Part shown: piece after piece, positions 42,044-52,947 of the stretch
Layout: each line of letters begins with the position of its first letter
Numbering within the stretch: position 1 is the first letter of the stretch
Assembly (NCBI GenBank): GCA_963693055.1
Contig: OY843751.1
Coordinates: 1,376,001 to 1,440,000 of the forward strand
Reading direction: 5' to 3'
Length of the DNA: 64,000 nt
From: a bacterium
Lineage (GTDB): Bacteria > Zhuqueibacterota > Zhuqueibacteria > Residuimicrobiales > Krinioviventaceae
Position numbers and translations under genes: made by a program
The notes under the pieces: model-generated
What the model was told of the DNA's origin: nothing
The model's input: the letters and a program-made list of their open reading frames with translations, nothing else
Databases searched by the model: none

Positions 42044-42985
42044 TTACGGTTGGTGGGTATTGCTCCAGTTCAAACCGTTCTTGTGATTGATACTGTGTGC
42101 AATGTCAGAAGCAATTTTGAAATATTCTTGCATTTCTTTTGAATTGTGGGTTGTTTTGTAAAAATCATATAGCGCTTGCGCACTGGTCATCATAGCAAAT
42201 GGAGCATTTATATCAACTGCAATATCATAGGCGGTAAGCAAATATTCCAATGCAGTTTCTGTATTACCCCTAGCTGATTCCAGCTGCCCCATGGTAATGT
42301 ATGAAAATGGCAGGAACGGTTTTAATCCGATTTGCTGACGCAGTCCCAGCGAGCGTTTGTGGAGCGGATAAGAAGCGTCTACATCTCCATTGCGTTGATG
42401 CGCTTTACCCAGATGTCGGATTGCAAATGAAAGTTCGTACTGATATTGATAATCCTCTGCAATACTGCCTGCTCTTGAGAAATGTTCAACAGCCCTTTCA
42501 AACTGCTGTTCTTGTTCATCTGTCTGACCCAAATGAATTAATACTTTGCAAACACCAATACTGTGGTCATAGTTTTCATAAATTTTTAATGCAGTATCGA
42601 AATGATTGCGGGCCTCAGCAAGACTGCCGGATTGCTGGTGTTCAAACCGGTGCAGCATGGCATTACCAATCTCGTCATTGGCATCTGCAATTTGCAAGTC
42701 TGCATCAATCTGTTTTGCCAAATCTAATGCTTTGTTAAGGGAAAACAGGGCCTCGTCATAACTGCTGTTATGTAGAAATGCTGTCATCTCCTGAATACGT
42801 CCCAGTTGCACCCACAAAGAAACGCGGTTCTGGGCCCATTTTGCATATTCCGGGATGCTGCTTAGTGCGGTTTCTACCAAAATTTCTGCTTCTTTTAGCT
42901 GACCATTGTTGTATTGGCGGCAGGACAACTCGTAAACGGATTGGTAATAGGTATGGAAATTTTTGTTATCTTTGAAACTGGTCAT
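42044..42985 (-). CDS. TPR repeat protein
   Basis: Helical repeats (A..HF..AL.I, LG..H...G). Confidence 0.75.
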   Translation of the reverse strand: MTSFKDNKNFHTYYQSVYELSCRQYNNGQLKEAEILVETALSSIPEYAKWAQNRVSLWVQLGRIQEMTAFLHNSSYDEALFSLNKALDLAKQIDADLQIADANDEIGNAMLHRFEHQQSGSLAEARNHFDTALKIYENYDHSIGVCKVLIHLGQTDEQEQQFERAVEHFSRAGSIAEDYQYQYELSFAIRHLGKAHQRNGDVDASYPLHKRSLGLRQQIGLKPFLPFSYITMGQLESARGNTETALEYLLTAYDIAVDINAPFAMMTSAQALYDFYKTTHNSKEMQEYFKIASDIAHSINHKNGLNWSNTHQP

Positions 42986-43164
42986 TATATTTCCTTATTT
43001 TAGTATTGGAGATACTTATTAGAACCACAATGAAACCATAAATCATCCATAAATCAATTCCGGTATACATTAAATTCCTTGACTTTGTAAATCGTGTTGC
43101 TGAAATTACAGGGTATTCACATCCGAATATATTCACAACATTGCAGTAAAAAGCGGAGTTGATA

Positions 43165-44682
43165 ATGAAGAGAATGCTATTAATATTCTCCATGCTCTAT
43201 TTCTATATAAACAGTTTTGCGCAAATTTTTAATGAGCTTCCCTATACAGCGGATTTGGGCAGTGGAATGTATCAAAATCCCATATTGGCAGGAGATTATG
43301 CCGATCCTTCAATTTTAAGAGATGGTGATGATTTTTATATGACCCATTCCTCGTTTTATTACTGTCCTGGATTGATGGTGTGGCATTCAAAAGATTTGGT
43401 GAACTGGCAGCCTATTGGACATGCATTGCATGAATACCTGGGATCGGTTTGGGCTCCCGAATTGATCAAGCATAAGGACAAATACTATATTTATATTCCC
43501 ATAGAAGGTACCAATTATGTGGTAACAGCAGATTCTCCGGCAGGTCCCTGGAGTGAACCGGTTGAGATCCTAGTCGAGAAAATAGATCCCGGGCACGTTG
43601 TGGGACCGGATGGTACCCGCTACCTCTATTTTTCCGGCGGGTATTATGTAGAGCTGTCAGATGATGGATTGTCTGCTATAAGCGAAATGAAGCAGGTTTA
43701 TGAGGGTTGGCCTATTCCTCAGGAGTGGCTGATACAGTGCATGTGCCTGGAATCTCCCAAGATTATTTTTCATGATGGATATTATCATCTTATTGTTGCC
43801 CAGGGAGGAACAGCTGGGCCTCCAACCGCACATATGGTAGTAACGGCCCGTTCCAAATCTCCCACAGGGCCCTGGGAAAACTCGCCTTTTAATCCTATTG
43901 TGCACACCTGGAGCAGCAGTGAAAAATGGTGGGCAAAAGGGCATGGAACTATGGTGCAGGACCTGGATGACAAGTGGTGGATTGTCTACCATGGTTATGA
44001 AAAAGGATACTATACGCTGGGACGTCAAACCCTGATGGAGCCTATTGAATGGACTGCGGATGGATGGCCGCGGGTACCTGCAACGATCCGGACTGATTTG
44101 CCTATTCAAAAGCCCGCGGGTGGGGAATCTCGCCCGACTTTAACATTATCTGATGATTTTTCAAATCAATCCCTGGGGTACCAATGGACCTTTTATAAAG
44201 CCTGGGAACCGGAGCGGTTTTGTATCAAAGATGGCTCACTGTTTCTGGATGCGTGCGGGAACAGTCCCAGAGCCAGTTCTCCCATGCTGTGTATGCCGGC
44301 GCATCATTCCTACGAGGCGCAGGTAGAGTTTGAGATCACTGGTGAAGCAACTGCAGGTTTGCTATTATTCTACAGTGAAAAAGCATACGGGGGAATTGCA
44401 ACTGATGGAAAAAAGATCAGTCAATATCGTCGTGCTGAAAAGGGTAACGCTGGTAATTGGCCCTTTGAAAAACATGGGTTCCTCAAGCTGGTAAATAATA
44501 CACATACGGTTGCATTTTATTACAGTCAGGATGGTAAAGACTGGAAAAAGCTGGACCGTTCCATTCAAACAGACGGTTATCATCATAATGCTTTTGGTGA
44601 CTTTATGGCGTTACGGATAGGGCTGGTATCTATGGGCAGTGGTACGGTTCGTTTTGATAATTTTAAATATCATGAGAATTAG
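43165..44682 (+). CDS. Glycoside hydrolase family 43 (xylosidase/arabinofuranosidase) with C-terminal ConA-like domain
   Basis: NPILAGDYADPSI, HSKDLVNW, WAPE, IDP, ESPK, GHG, LGRQT. Confidence 0.92.
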   Translation: MKRMLLIFSMLYFYINSFAQIFNELPYTADLGSGMYQNPILAGDYADPSILRDGDDFYMTHSSFYYCPGLMVWHSKDLVNWQPIGHALHEYLGSVWAPELIKHKDKYYIYIPIEGTNYVVTADSPAGPWSEPVEILVEKIDPGHVVGPDGTRYLYFSGGYYVELSDDGLSAISEMKQVYEGWPIPQEWLIQCMCLESPKIIFHDGYYHLIVAQGGTAGPPTAHMVVTARSKSPTGPWENSPFNPIVHTWSSSEKWWAKGHGTMVQDLDDKWWIVYHGYEKGYYTLGRQTLMEPIEWTADGWPRVPATIRTDLPIQKPAGGESRPTLTLSDDFSNQSLGYQWTFYKAWEPERFCIKDGSLFLDACGNSPRASSPMLCMPAHHSYEAQVEFEITGEATAGLLLFYSEKAYGGIATDGKKISQYRRAEKGNAGNWPFEKHGFLKLVNNTHTVAFYYSQDGKDWKKLDRSIQTDGYHHNAFGDFMALRIGLVSMGSGTVRFDNFKYHEN

Positions 44683-44711
44683 AATTTATCCGCAATGAGG
44701 GATAGCTTGAA

Positions 44712-45665
44712 ATGAAACATGTCATCATTGGCATTCATGGATTGGGAAACAAACCACCAAAGCCGGTTTTGAAAAAATGGTGGAAATTGTCCATGCGAGA
44801 GGGTTTGATCAAAGCTGGGAAGGAGCGGCTGTTCATTCCCTTTGAACTGGTTTATTGGGCTGATTTGCTGCACGAAAAGCCGCTTGAAATAAAAATGACC
44901 AACCACCATAATCCATTGTTAGACAGAGAGCCATACCTGCCCGGGACCCTGCTTGAAGCGGAACCGCAGGCCAAACCGTCATGGCTGCTGGGATTCATTG
45001 AAAACCAACTGGACAAGATTTTTTTAAACGATGATATGAGTCTCAATCTCAGGGGCGTAACAGACAAGATTATTCACAAATATTTCAAAGATTTAGAGTC
45101 CTATTATACCGAATCCCGGTTGACGCTGGATGAGCAGGAATCAGTCAAAATTGCAATCCAGAATCGTTTGCTCAGGGTTTTGCACAAGTACAGGCATTAT
45201 AAGATTTTATTGATTGCGCATTCCATGGGATCCATAGTAGCATATGATGTCCTGAGTCCGCAGGAACAGCCCATGGTGCATTCAATGGTGACCATTGGCT
45301 CTCCATTGGGATTACCGGTTATTGTGGGACGTATCCTGGCTGAGCAAAAAGAGCGTGGTAATGATCTCGACAAACCCCGGGTACCGGAAAGTATACGGGG
45401 TACATGGGTAAACATGTCCGATTATCGGGATAAAGTCGCACTGGACCATACCCTGGCAGACGACTATGAGAGAAACAGTCGGGGACTTTTAGTAGCGGAC
45501 AAGTTTGTATATAATGACTACAGTGTGGATGGAGAAGCCAATCCCCACAAAGCCTATGGCTACCTGCGTACTAAAGAAATGGCAGAGGTTGTTAATGAAT
45601 TTCTACCGGACAGGATTTGGGACAAGATGTATCGGGTGGTAAGAGAGAAAAGAAGAAAGAATTAA
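44712..45665 (+). CDS. Alpha/beta-fold hydrolase-like protein
   Basis: IHGLG, AHSMGS, TIGSPLG, NPH. Confidence 0.75.
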   Translation: MKHVIIGIHGLGNKPPKPVLKKWWKLSMREGLIKAGKERLFIPFELVYWADLLHEKPLEIKMTNHHNPLLDREPYLPGTLLEAEPQAKPSWLLGFIENQLDKIFLNDDMSLNLRGVTDKIIHKYFKDLESYYTESRLTLDEQESVKIAIQNRLLRVLHKYRHYKILLIAHSMGSIVAYDVLSPQEQPMVHSMVTIGSPLGLPVIVGRILAEQKERGNDLDKPRVPESIRGTWVNMSDYRDKVALDHTLADDYERNSRGLLVADKFVYNDYSVDGEANPHKAYGYLRTKEMAEVVNEFLPDRIWDKMYRVVREKRRKN

Positions 45666-45722
45666 CTTAATCAGAATACATGTTATTGTGTTAATTATCT
45701 TTTAATTTTGATATATTGTATT

Positions 45723-46394
45723 ATGAAAATACATTTTTACATTTTTTATTTGTTTCTATTCTCGATTGTGACTGGTTGCACCAATCCCGAAACATCAATC
45801 AAACTTGAACCGGGGGACCTGCTGTTTCAGGATCTGGATGGCAGTCCTTTTTATGATGCTATTGAAAAAGTAACGCAGGGATATAAAGGAGCGAATTTCG
45901 CCCATATCGGGATTATTGTTGATGGCCCGCACGAAGAACCGGTGGTGCTTGAGGCTATTGGGCGGGGAGTTTGCACCACACCGGTGGATACGTTCCTGGC
46001 GCGTAGTCATGACAGTAATAACCATCCCAAAGTGATTGTGGGGAGGTTAAAACCGCAATACCGTCACCTCATTGCACCTGCGCTGGAACGATTGAATGGG
46101 TACCTTGGTAAACCCTATGATCATATTTTTGATATCAATAACGACACTTATTATTGCTCGGAACTGGTTTATCTTTCCTATCTTGATGAAACCGGCAAAT
46201 CTCTGTTTAAACTGTATCCCATGACATTTATCGACCCCGATACGCGTGAGACCTTTCCAGCCTGGGTGGACTATTATCAGGAATTGGGTGTTGATATTCC
46301 CGAGGGTGAGCCGGGACTGAATCCCGGTGGTATTTCACGCTCCCCGGTATTGGATATTGTACACATGTATGGAAATCCGGATGGAATGAATTGA
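45723..46394 (+). CDS. YiiX/YebB-like permuted NlpC/P60 papain-fold lipoprotein
   Basis: VTGC lipobox; PGDLLFQ, AHIGI, GKPYD..F, YYCSELV. Confidence 0.85.
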   Translation: MKIHFYIFYLFLFSIVTGCTNPETSIKLEPGDLLFQDLDGSPFYDAIEKVTQGYKGANFAHIGIIVDGPHEEPVVLEAIGRGVCTTPVDTFLARSHDSNNHPKVIVGRLKPQYRHLIAPALERLNGYLGKPYDHIFDINNDTYYCSELVYLSYLDETGKSLFKLYPMTFIDPDTRETFPAWVDYYQELGVDIPEGEPGLNPGGISRSPVLDIVHMYGNPDGMN

Positions 46395-46497
46395 CTATCT
46401 GCTCTGTAATCGTAATAAAGTGATGTAATTTTATAATATTCATGGTGTGTTTATTCATCCAATCTTTTACAGAATCGTTTAAAAAAGGGGCAAAAGA

Positions 46498-48471
46498 ATG
46501 AAACGATTTATGTTTATACTCTTGGTTTTTCTTGCAACTAGTACTCTTGCAAAAGAGATTCAATCTGAATCTAAAGTGGCTTCTGCTACAGTTTTCCGCA
46601 ATCGGGCAATGGTGGTCCGTGAGGCATCCGTCAATGTGAGCAAGGGACAGAATACGATCAAAATTTCTGAAATGACCAGTGATCTTTTGGATGAGACGGT
46701 TCGCGTGTCTGTTCAGGGGAATTTCCGGGTCAAGATTCTGGATGTGAATGTGGAACGACAATATACAATCGAGATTCAAAAAGAGCGAATCCGGTATATG
46801 CAAGCCAAAATCGATTCTCTTGAAGAATTGAAAAAAGCAGCATCAGACCAGCTTGCGATCCTTGAAAGTAAAAAGGCTTTTGTAGAGTCGTTAAAAGCGG
46901 AATCGGTCAAGCTTGAAAACCAGAAAATGTTGCTGGAAAAATCAACAGTCCAGGATTGGTCCAATATGCTGGGTTTTGTAGATACCAATTTGAATGCTAT
47001 TTACAAAGATATGCGCAAGCAAAATCAACACATCAAAGAACTGGATGAAGAAATCGCCGCCATTCAACAGAACATGCGCCAAACCCAGCGGGATGAGGCC
47101 AAAGATTTCAAGGAAATCTTTATAGAATTGGATGCAGACAGAGCCGCTTCTATTGTTTTAGATATATCATATATTACCCAAAGCGCGAGCTGGTATCCTA
47201 CATATGATGCAAGGGTAGACATTGATGATCAAACCATTGAACTGTCATATTACGCAATGGTACAGCAATCCACCGGTGAGGACTGGCAGGATGTTGACCT
47301 GGACTTTTCAACCGCTGAACCCTTGTCCGTGAAATCAATCCCTGAACTACAACGCTGGTATTTGAATACACGTACCCCCGCACTGAGACGATCAAGACCC
47401 AGTACTCCCAGTGCACCCAGTGCGAGTTATCCGCGTATCAATGTGGATTATACTCCCAATTTTGGTCTGGCAAACGGTATTGGTGCCATATCGGGATACG
47501 TCAGGTCGGCAACTGATAGAGATCCGTTGCCTGGTGCAAATTTAAGTTTACAGGGAACACGATTAGGGGCAGCATCGGACAGAAATGGAAAATTTTATAT
47601 AGCAAATGTACCGATGGGCAGTTATCAGCTTGATGTTAATGTGATTGGTTATGGTCGGCAGATCGTAAAAGTTGATGTGCTTGCAAAACAAACAGCGAGT
47701 TTGAACATTACACTTGCAGAGCAGGCGCTTGAGGGCGAAGCTGTAACAGTTATGGCAGAAAGAAATACGTTTTTAGACCAGTCAAAATCTTTTGAGACTG
47801 GGGCAGGTTCCCTTGAAAAGGAAAAAGCTGTTTATACTCAGGTTGAACAAAGTGAACTGGCAACCACTTTCAAAGTGCCGGTTAAAAGTTCTGTGCCGGG
47901 TGATAACAACACCCATAAAGTAACACTTGCCATTGATGAGATGCCCGTATCGTTTGATTATACCAGCATCCCCAAAAAAGTACCTGCTGTATTTCTCAAA
48001 GGCAAAGCCGCCAATACAAATGACTATCCATTATTGGAAGGCAATATCAACGTATTTGTAGATAACGAGTTTGTAAACAAAACCTATTTAAAGAATATAG
48101 TACCTACGGACACATTGGAACTGACACTGGGCGTGGACAATCATATAACTGTTGAAAAGAACCTGATTAACAAGTTTACAGAAAACAAGGGCCTCATCAA
48201 AGGCAGTAGAAAAATTACCTATGAATACGAGATTGTTCTTAAAAATAATCGCAAGACAGAAAAGACTATTCGCTTGTACGATCAACTGCCAATCCCCATG
48301 GATGAAAAGATAAAGGTGGAACTGATAGAACCGGACAAGGAAATGAAAGATTTAAGTAATGATCGAAAACTGGACTGGACATTGAAAATCAAAGCGGGTG
48401 AAGAAAAGAAAATTCCTTTAAAATATGTGGTTGAATTTCCACAAAATCTGTCTGTATATGGATTGGAATAA
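46498..48471 (+). CDS. DUF4140/DUF4139 (MuiA-like) protein with inserted carboxypeptidase-regulatory-like domain
   Basis: ATVFRNRAMVVRE, ASWYPTYDAR, QSTGEDW; insert ISGYVR...PLPGANLSL...GAASDRNGKFYI. Confidence 0.85.
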   Translation: MKRFMFILLVFLATSTLAKEIQSESKVASATVFRNRAMVVREASVNVSKGQNTIKISEMTSDLLDETVRVSVQGNFRVKILDVNVERQYTIEIQKERIRYMQAKIDSLEELKKAASDQLAILESKKAFVESLKAESVKLENQKMLLEKSTVQDWSNMLGFVDTNLNAIYKDMRKQNQHIKELDEEIAAIQQNMRQTQRDEAKDFKEIFIELDADRAASIVLDISYITQSASWYPTYDARVDIDDQTIELSYYAMVQQSTGEDWQDVDLDFSTAEPLSVKSIPELQRWYLNTRTPALRRSRPSTPSAPSASYPRINVDYTPNFGLANGIGAISGYVRSATDRDPLPGANLSLQGTRLGAASDRNGKFYIANVPMGSYQLDVNVIGYGRQIVKVDVLAKQTASLNITLAEQALEGEAVTVMAERNTFLDQSKSFETGAGSLEKEKAVYTQVEQSELATTFKVPVKSSVPGDNNTHKVTLAIDEMPVSFDYTSIPKKVPAVFLKGKAANTNDYPLLEGNINVFVDNEFVNKTYLKNIVPTDTLELTLGVDNHITVEKNLINKFTENKGLIKGSRKITYEYEIVLKNNRKTEKTIRLYDQLPIPMDEKIKVELIEPDKEMKDLSNDRKLDWTLKIKAGEEKKIPLKYVVEFPQNLSVYGLE

Positions 48472-48551
48472 CTGTGATGCATTGGTAATGCGCTTGTGGG
48501 AATCATACAGGATTTGTATATTTCACGAGTAAAGTTGTATAGGAGGTCGTT

Positions 48552-50162
48552 GTGAAAAGATTGTATGTATTGCCCTTAATTTTATTTTTATTCTTGAATT
48601 GCAGCAAGCCCAAGTTAACTTTGGATGAAATGCTGCCAACTAAAGATGAGGTTGGGGCTGCAGTTATGCCGGCTGAAATTGCTCCTATACAGGCACCGTT
48701 TGATATGTCTGCGGTTAAACGTCCGCAATTTCCGGAGCGTAGTTACAATATCACGGACTTTGGAGCGGTTGAGGGAGGAGAAACCCTTTGTCGGGATGCA
48801 ATCCAGGCTGCAATTGATAAAGCCAGCGCCGATGGCGGAGGCAAGGTACTCATTCCGGCAGGTAAATGGCTGACCGGACGTATTGAATTGAAATCCAATG
48901 TTAATCTGGAATTGGCAGAGGGAGCAGAATTACATTTTAGCGGAGAGATACAAGATTACCTGCCGCCGGTATTTTGTCGTTCAGAAGGGCTTGAGGTGTT
49001 TAGCCTGGGTGCGTTTATTTACGCGTACAAACAGGAAAATATTGCGCTCACCGGAAAAGGTACATTGATAGGACCAGATGAAGGACCTGCCCGTGAAAGT
49101 GTATTGAAAACCGTATCCGATAAAATTGTATCCGTAGATACGCCGGTTAAAGATCGTATTTATGATGGTACTCACGATCCGGTTTACTTTAGGCCCTATT
49201 CAATCAGTCCTGTTGAATGCAAGGGTGTTTTGGTTGAAGGTGTAACAATTGTGCATGGAGCTTTCTGGAATGTGGTACCGGTATATTGTGACAATGTGAT
49301 CGTACGCGGTGTCCAGATCGAGAGTGTTGGGGTAGTTAATGGTGACGGAGTCAATATTGAATCCAGTCGAAATGTACTGGTCGAGTACTGTACCGTGCGT
49401 ACGGGGGACGACAGCTATTGCTGCAAAGCCGGTAGAAACGAAGATGGTATCCGCACCAACCGTCCCGTTGAAAATGTAGTATTCCGCAACCTGCTAACGC
49501 TGGGTGGTCATGGTGGTATAACATTTGGCAGTGAGACAGCAGGACAAATACGAAATGTATATGTGCATGATTGTGTTTTTGATCGTAATGATATGGGCAT
49601 TCGCTTTAAAACCCGTAGGCCTCGTGGTGGCGGTGGTGAATTCCTGACCATTGAAAATATTCGTATGGATGTGAAAAAAAATGCCATCGAATGGGACATG
49701 CTGGGCCTTGCCATGTGGGTGGGTGAACTTGCAGAGCGGTTACCCCTGCGCCCCACAACACCGTTAACGCCATATTATCGTAATATTACAATCCGGAATG
49801 TGTTGGGAAAAACAGGCAGACATTGTATCCAGATGGAGGGACTACCCGAGAGTACCGCGAAAGATGTCCTCATTGAGAATATTCAATTGGAATGCCTGCG
49901 TGGAATTACACTCACAGATGGTGAGAATATAGAACTTAAAAATATTGATATCACATTTACTGAAGAACCCCTATTTAATGTGCGTGACAGCTGGAACATT
50001 GCAACTGAAAATGTTAAGATGAAAACACCACTTGAACCCACAGTCAAAATCTTTGGTGAGCGCTGTGCAAATATCAATCTGGATGGATTGATAATAAACG
50101 ACGGCCAAAAGCCAAAGCTCGTTGCCGAAGAACAGGCTGATCCGGCGACTGTTAAATTTTAG
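48552..50162 (+). CDS. Glycoside hydrolase family 28 lipoprotein
   Basis: NGDG, GDD..C.KAG, GHGGITFGSE and IRFK motifs; lipobox FLNC. Confidence 0.92.
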   Translation: MKRLYVLPLILFLFLNCSKPKLTLDEMLPTKDEVGAAVMPAEIAPIQAPFDMSAVKRPQFPERSYNITDFGAVEGGETLCRDAIQAAIDKASADGGGKVLIPAGKWLTGRIELKSNVNLELAEGAELHFSGEIQDYLPPVFCRSEGLEVFSLGAFIYAYKQENIALTGKGTLIGPDEGPARESVLKTVSDKIVSVDTPVKDRIYDGTHDPVYFRPYSISPVECKGVLVEGVTIVHGAFWNVVPVYCDNVIVRGVQIESVGVVNGDGVNIESSRNVLVEYCTVRTGDDSYCCKAGRNEDGIRTNRPVENVVFRNLLTLGGHGGITFGSETAGQIRNVYVHDCVFDRNDMGIRFKTRRPRGGGGEFLTIENIRMDVKKNAIEWDMLGLAMWVGELAERLPLRPTTPLTPYYRNITIRNVLGKTGRHCIQMEGLPESTAKDVLIENIQLECLRGITLTDGENIELKNIDITFTEEPLFNVRDSWNIATENVKMKTPLEPTVKIFGERCANINLDGLIINDGQKPKLVAEEQADPATVKF

Positions 50163-50221
50163 AATAATTTGTCATTCGGATACCGATTTGATCGGTATCC
50201 GTTTTAATATATGAGGATGCT

Positions 50222-50668
50222 ATGAAAGAAATTGCAGAGCAGTTGAATGAATTGATAACAGATGCAAAACCGGGCTTGATGCAATTGGAACCTGGAATGG
50301 TTAAAAATAAGCCAAACCCTGAAAAATGGTCAAAGCAGGAAATATTGGGGCACTTGATCGATTCTGCTTCCAATAATCATCATCGTTTTGTGAGGGCTGG
50401 TTATGATGCGGTTAAAGACTTTCCTCCATACGATCCCGATAACTGGGTGAAATTGCAGCAGTATAACGAGATGCCTTGGAACAATATGGTGGAATTGTTT
50501 TGCCTTTATAATTTACACCTGGTACATGTTTTAAATATTTTCCCCGTTGAAAAGTTGAATAGCATGTGTTACTTTGTTGGTAAAGATAATCCGGTTACCA
50601 TTGAATATGTTATTCGCGATTACCTTCGTCATTTAAAACACCACCTGGACCAAATTTTAGAAAAATAG
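50222..50668 (+). CDS. DinB family protein
   Basis: WSKQEILGHLIDSASNNHHRF...DYLRHLKHH. Confidence 0.88.
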   Translation: MKEIAEQLNELITDAKPGLMQLEPGMVKNKPNPEKWSKQEILGHLIDSASNNHHRFVRAGYDAVKDFPPYDPDNWVKLQQYNEMPWNNMVELFCLYNLHLVHVLNIFPVEKLNSMCYFVGKDNPVTIEYVIRDYLRHLKHHLDQILEK

Positions 50669-50672
50669 CTGA

Positions 50673-51566
50673 ATGATTAAAGAAATAATTAGCTTTGTGC
50701 AGCGGAACAGTGTGCTTCCACCGGCATTTCAAACCATGTTGATAAGTGCATTAAATCTCGTTAAAGAAGAGGATGAAAGGCAAGAGCTTTGTGAACTGGC
50801 TTGTGCTGTCTCTAACAGATCCTGGCAGGATTGGATAGCCGATCGAAAGCCGGAAGATAATCGCAAAGAGCATGAGTGGATCGTGTTTTTGAATTTGATG
50901 CGTATTGCCCAATGTGAAAAATTATCACTGTCTGAAAAACGGATTGCAACCGCATTCGCATTTACACATGATTCCTATTTTATCAAGCGGATCATGGAAG
51001 CCACCATTGAAGAAATAAAAGAGGATGCAAAGCGATTACTCGAAATAAATCCTGAGCAATCCCTACAATTAATGGACAAGGCGGAAAAGCTGGAAAAAGA
51101 TAAAGCAGATCAACGCAACCAGCATATGAACAAAGGTGCTGAAAACGCCAGGATACTGCTTGATGACTTGACAGGATTTGAAACTGACCGAAAATTAATG
51201 GCACTTGAGGAAATTGATCGCTGTTGTGAAATTATTAGGAATCATGACAAGTGGAAAACCAGAGTGCCGTATCCGCTCGGGAGTGACAAACTAGCAGTCG
51301 TCTGTGTTGAAGCAGATGCCCTTTGGCCCATGCACCCATTAGGTGTATTGGCAGATATTGAACGTCCTGATGAAAATGGTAACACTCTGGATCCTGATGA
51401 TCCGAATAGCTGGCGACAAAAGGTTGATGAAAGTCTGGGAACGCTTTTACGTTATCAACAAAACTGGTATGGATTAGGGGAATCTTTTAAAGACGCTGAT
51501 TCCATATTCCGTACCCCTGAAGGTTTCCGGATATTTAATCAGTGGCGTGAGTTTTGGGGGATTTAA
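50673..51566 (+). CDS. Hypothetical protein, HD-domain-like
   Basis: H...FTHDS...HMNKGA...IRNHD...EADAL spacing resembles HD phosphohydrolases. Confidence 0.55.
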   Translation: MIKEIISFVQRNSVLPPAFQTMLISALNLVKEEDERQELCELACAVSNRSWQDWIADRKPEDNRKEHEWIVFLNLMRIAQCEKLSLSEKRIATAFAFTHDSYFIKRIMEATIEEIKEDAKRLLEINPEQSLQLMDKAEKLEKDKADQRNQHMNKGAENARILLDDLTGFETDRKLMALEEIDRCCEIIRNHDKWKTRVPYPLGSDKLAVVCVEADALWPMHPLGVLADIERPDENGNTLDPDDPNSWRQKVDESLGTLLRYQQNWYGLGESFKDADSIFRTPEGFRIFNQWREFWGI

Positions 51567-51819
51567 GAAAAGTTATTATTTAGATACTGCCCACCTTGAA
51601 AATATTAATTTACTTTTTCTTATTTTATTCTTTTTTGAAAAAACTTTTTAAAAATTCATGTTTTTATTTATCATTTAACAAAAATTGTTTTTTCTGTTTA
51701 TGGTTTTTTTTGTAAATATTTTTCTTGATTCTTAATAAATTCTGCTTTATACTATAAGTCGATAGGGAAGTTTTGGGTATCTTTTAGTTAATCTAGAAGT
51801 AAAATTAAAGTGGGACACC

Positions 51820-52932
51820 TTGGGGCTAGATTTCAAAAATATAGACTTGGTGAATGATCACGTTAGAGACGTACAGGCACTTTTTGCTCTAAACCGGGTA
51901 ACGGATTCTATACAAATTATGGATGAATTGGGAAAAAGTGTCTTCCACAATGATTCGTTTATCAATTTGTTTGGCTATACAGTTGACCAGTTGAATGAAG
52001 CGGGTGGTTTGTATGCTATTCTTAAAGATCCTCAAATTGCAAATATTATTGTAAACGAGTTGGAAGTTAAGCCCGGTTGGATGGGTAAAGTTCAAATTTA
52101 TACATTAGCGGGCAACCTTGTTTCAGTTGTATTGAGGATTAACAAGGTTAAAACAGAAAATAATGAAAACCAGGGATACGTTTGTTTTTTTTCAAACAAT
52201 CTGTATCAGTATAATGTATATGCTGAAAAAGGCAAATATTACAGACACTTTGAAGAAGCAGAAAAGCTCGCCAGATTGGGGTATTTCTCATCAGTTATTT
52301 CTCATGAATTAAACAATCCTTTAAACATTATTAATACAAAGATTTATTTTTTGCAAAGAGAGCTGGAATCGATTTCTAAAGAATCTGAAGTGTGGGAACA
52401 TTTAACAAAGATCAAACAGCAACTCAAACGGTTGAAAAATCTAGCAAGCAGTGTTTTGCAATATGCCAGACATGATGTAAAAAAAGATTATCTTGTTAAT
52501 GTTAACCAGGTGATACAGCGTACTTTGGAATTCTTTGATGATCAGCTTACAGATGAAATAATTGTAATAAATAGATTAGATAAAGAAGTATCGCTTGTTC
52601 CTGCAGATTCAACGGGGTTAGAGATTGTATTTAAAAATTTGATATCTAATGCAATTGAAGCGTTGGAAGAATCCGGCACAATCACAATATCCACCCGAAA
52701 TGTAAATGAAAAATTTATTGAAATTACAATATCTGATTCCGGTAAAGGTATATCCGAAGATTTGCAGGAAAAGGTATTTGACCCCTTTTTCACCAGTAAA
52801 AGTAAAGAAGGGGGCTATGGATTGGGTCTAAGTATTTGTGAAAATATTATACATGAGCACAATGGAATGATTAATCTAAGAAGCAGGATTGGCAGAGGAA
52901 CAACGTTTGTCTTACTATTACCCCGTTTGTAA
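51820..52932 (+). CDS. Cytoplasmic PAS sensor histidine kinase
   Basis: PAS-like N-terminus; ISHELNNPL, NLISNAIEA, DSGKGI, FDPFFTSK, GYGLGL; no TM segment. Confidence 0.9.
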   Translation: MGLDFKNIDLVNDHVRDVQALFALNRVTDSIQIMDELGKSVFHNDSFINLFGYTVDQLNEAGGLYAILKDPQIANIIVNELEVKPGWMGKVQIYTLAGNLVSVVLRINKVKTENNENQGYVCFFSNNLYQYNVYAEKGKYYRHFEEAEKLARLGYFSSVISHELNNPLNIINTKIYFLQRELESISKESEVWEHLTKIKQQLKRLKNLASSVLQYARHDVKKDYLVNVNQVIQRTLEFFDDQLTDEIIVINRLDKEVSLVPADSTGLEIVFKNLISNAIEALEESGTITISTRNVNEKFIEITISDSGKGISEDLQEKVFDPFFTSKSKEGGYGLGLSICENIIHEHNGMINLRSRIGRGTTFVLLLPRL

Positions 52933-52947
52933 TAAGGGATTTATTAT

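Noticed and set aside
38596-50162. Polysaccharide utilisation locus (DUF5107, GH43, GH28)
   Set aside because: No SusC/SusD pair, transporter or dedicated regulator; the genes are interspersed with unrelated functions.
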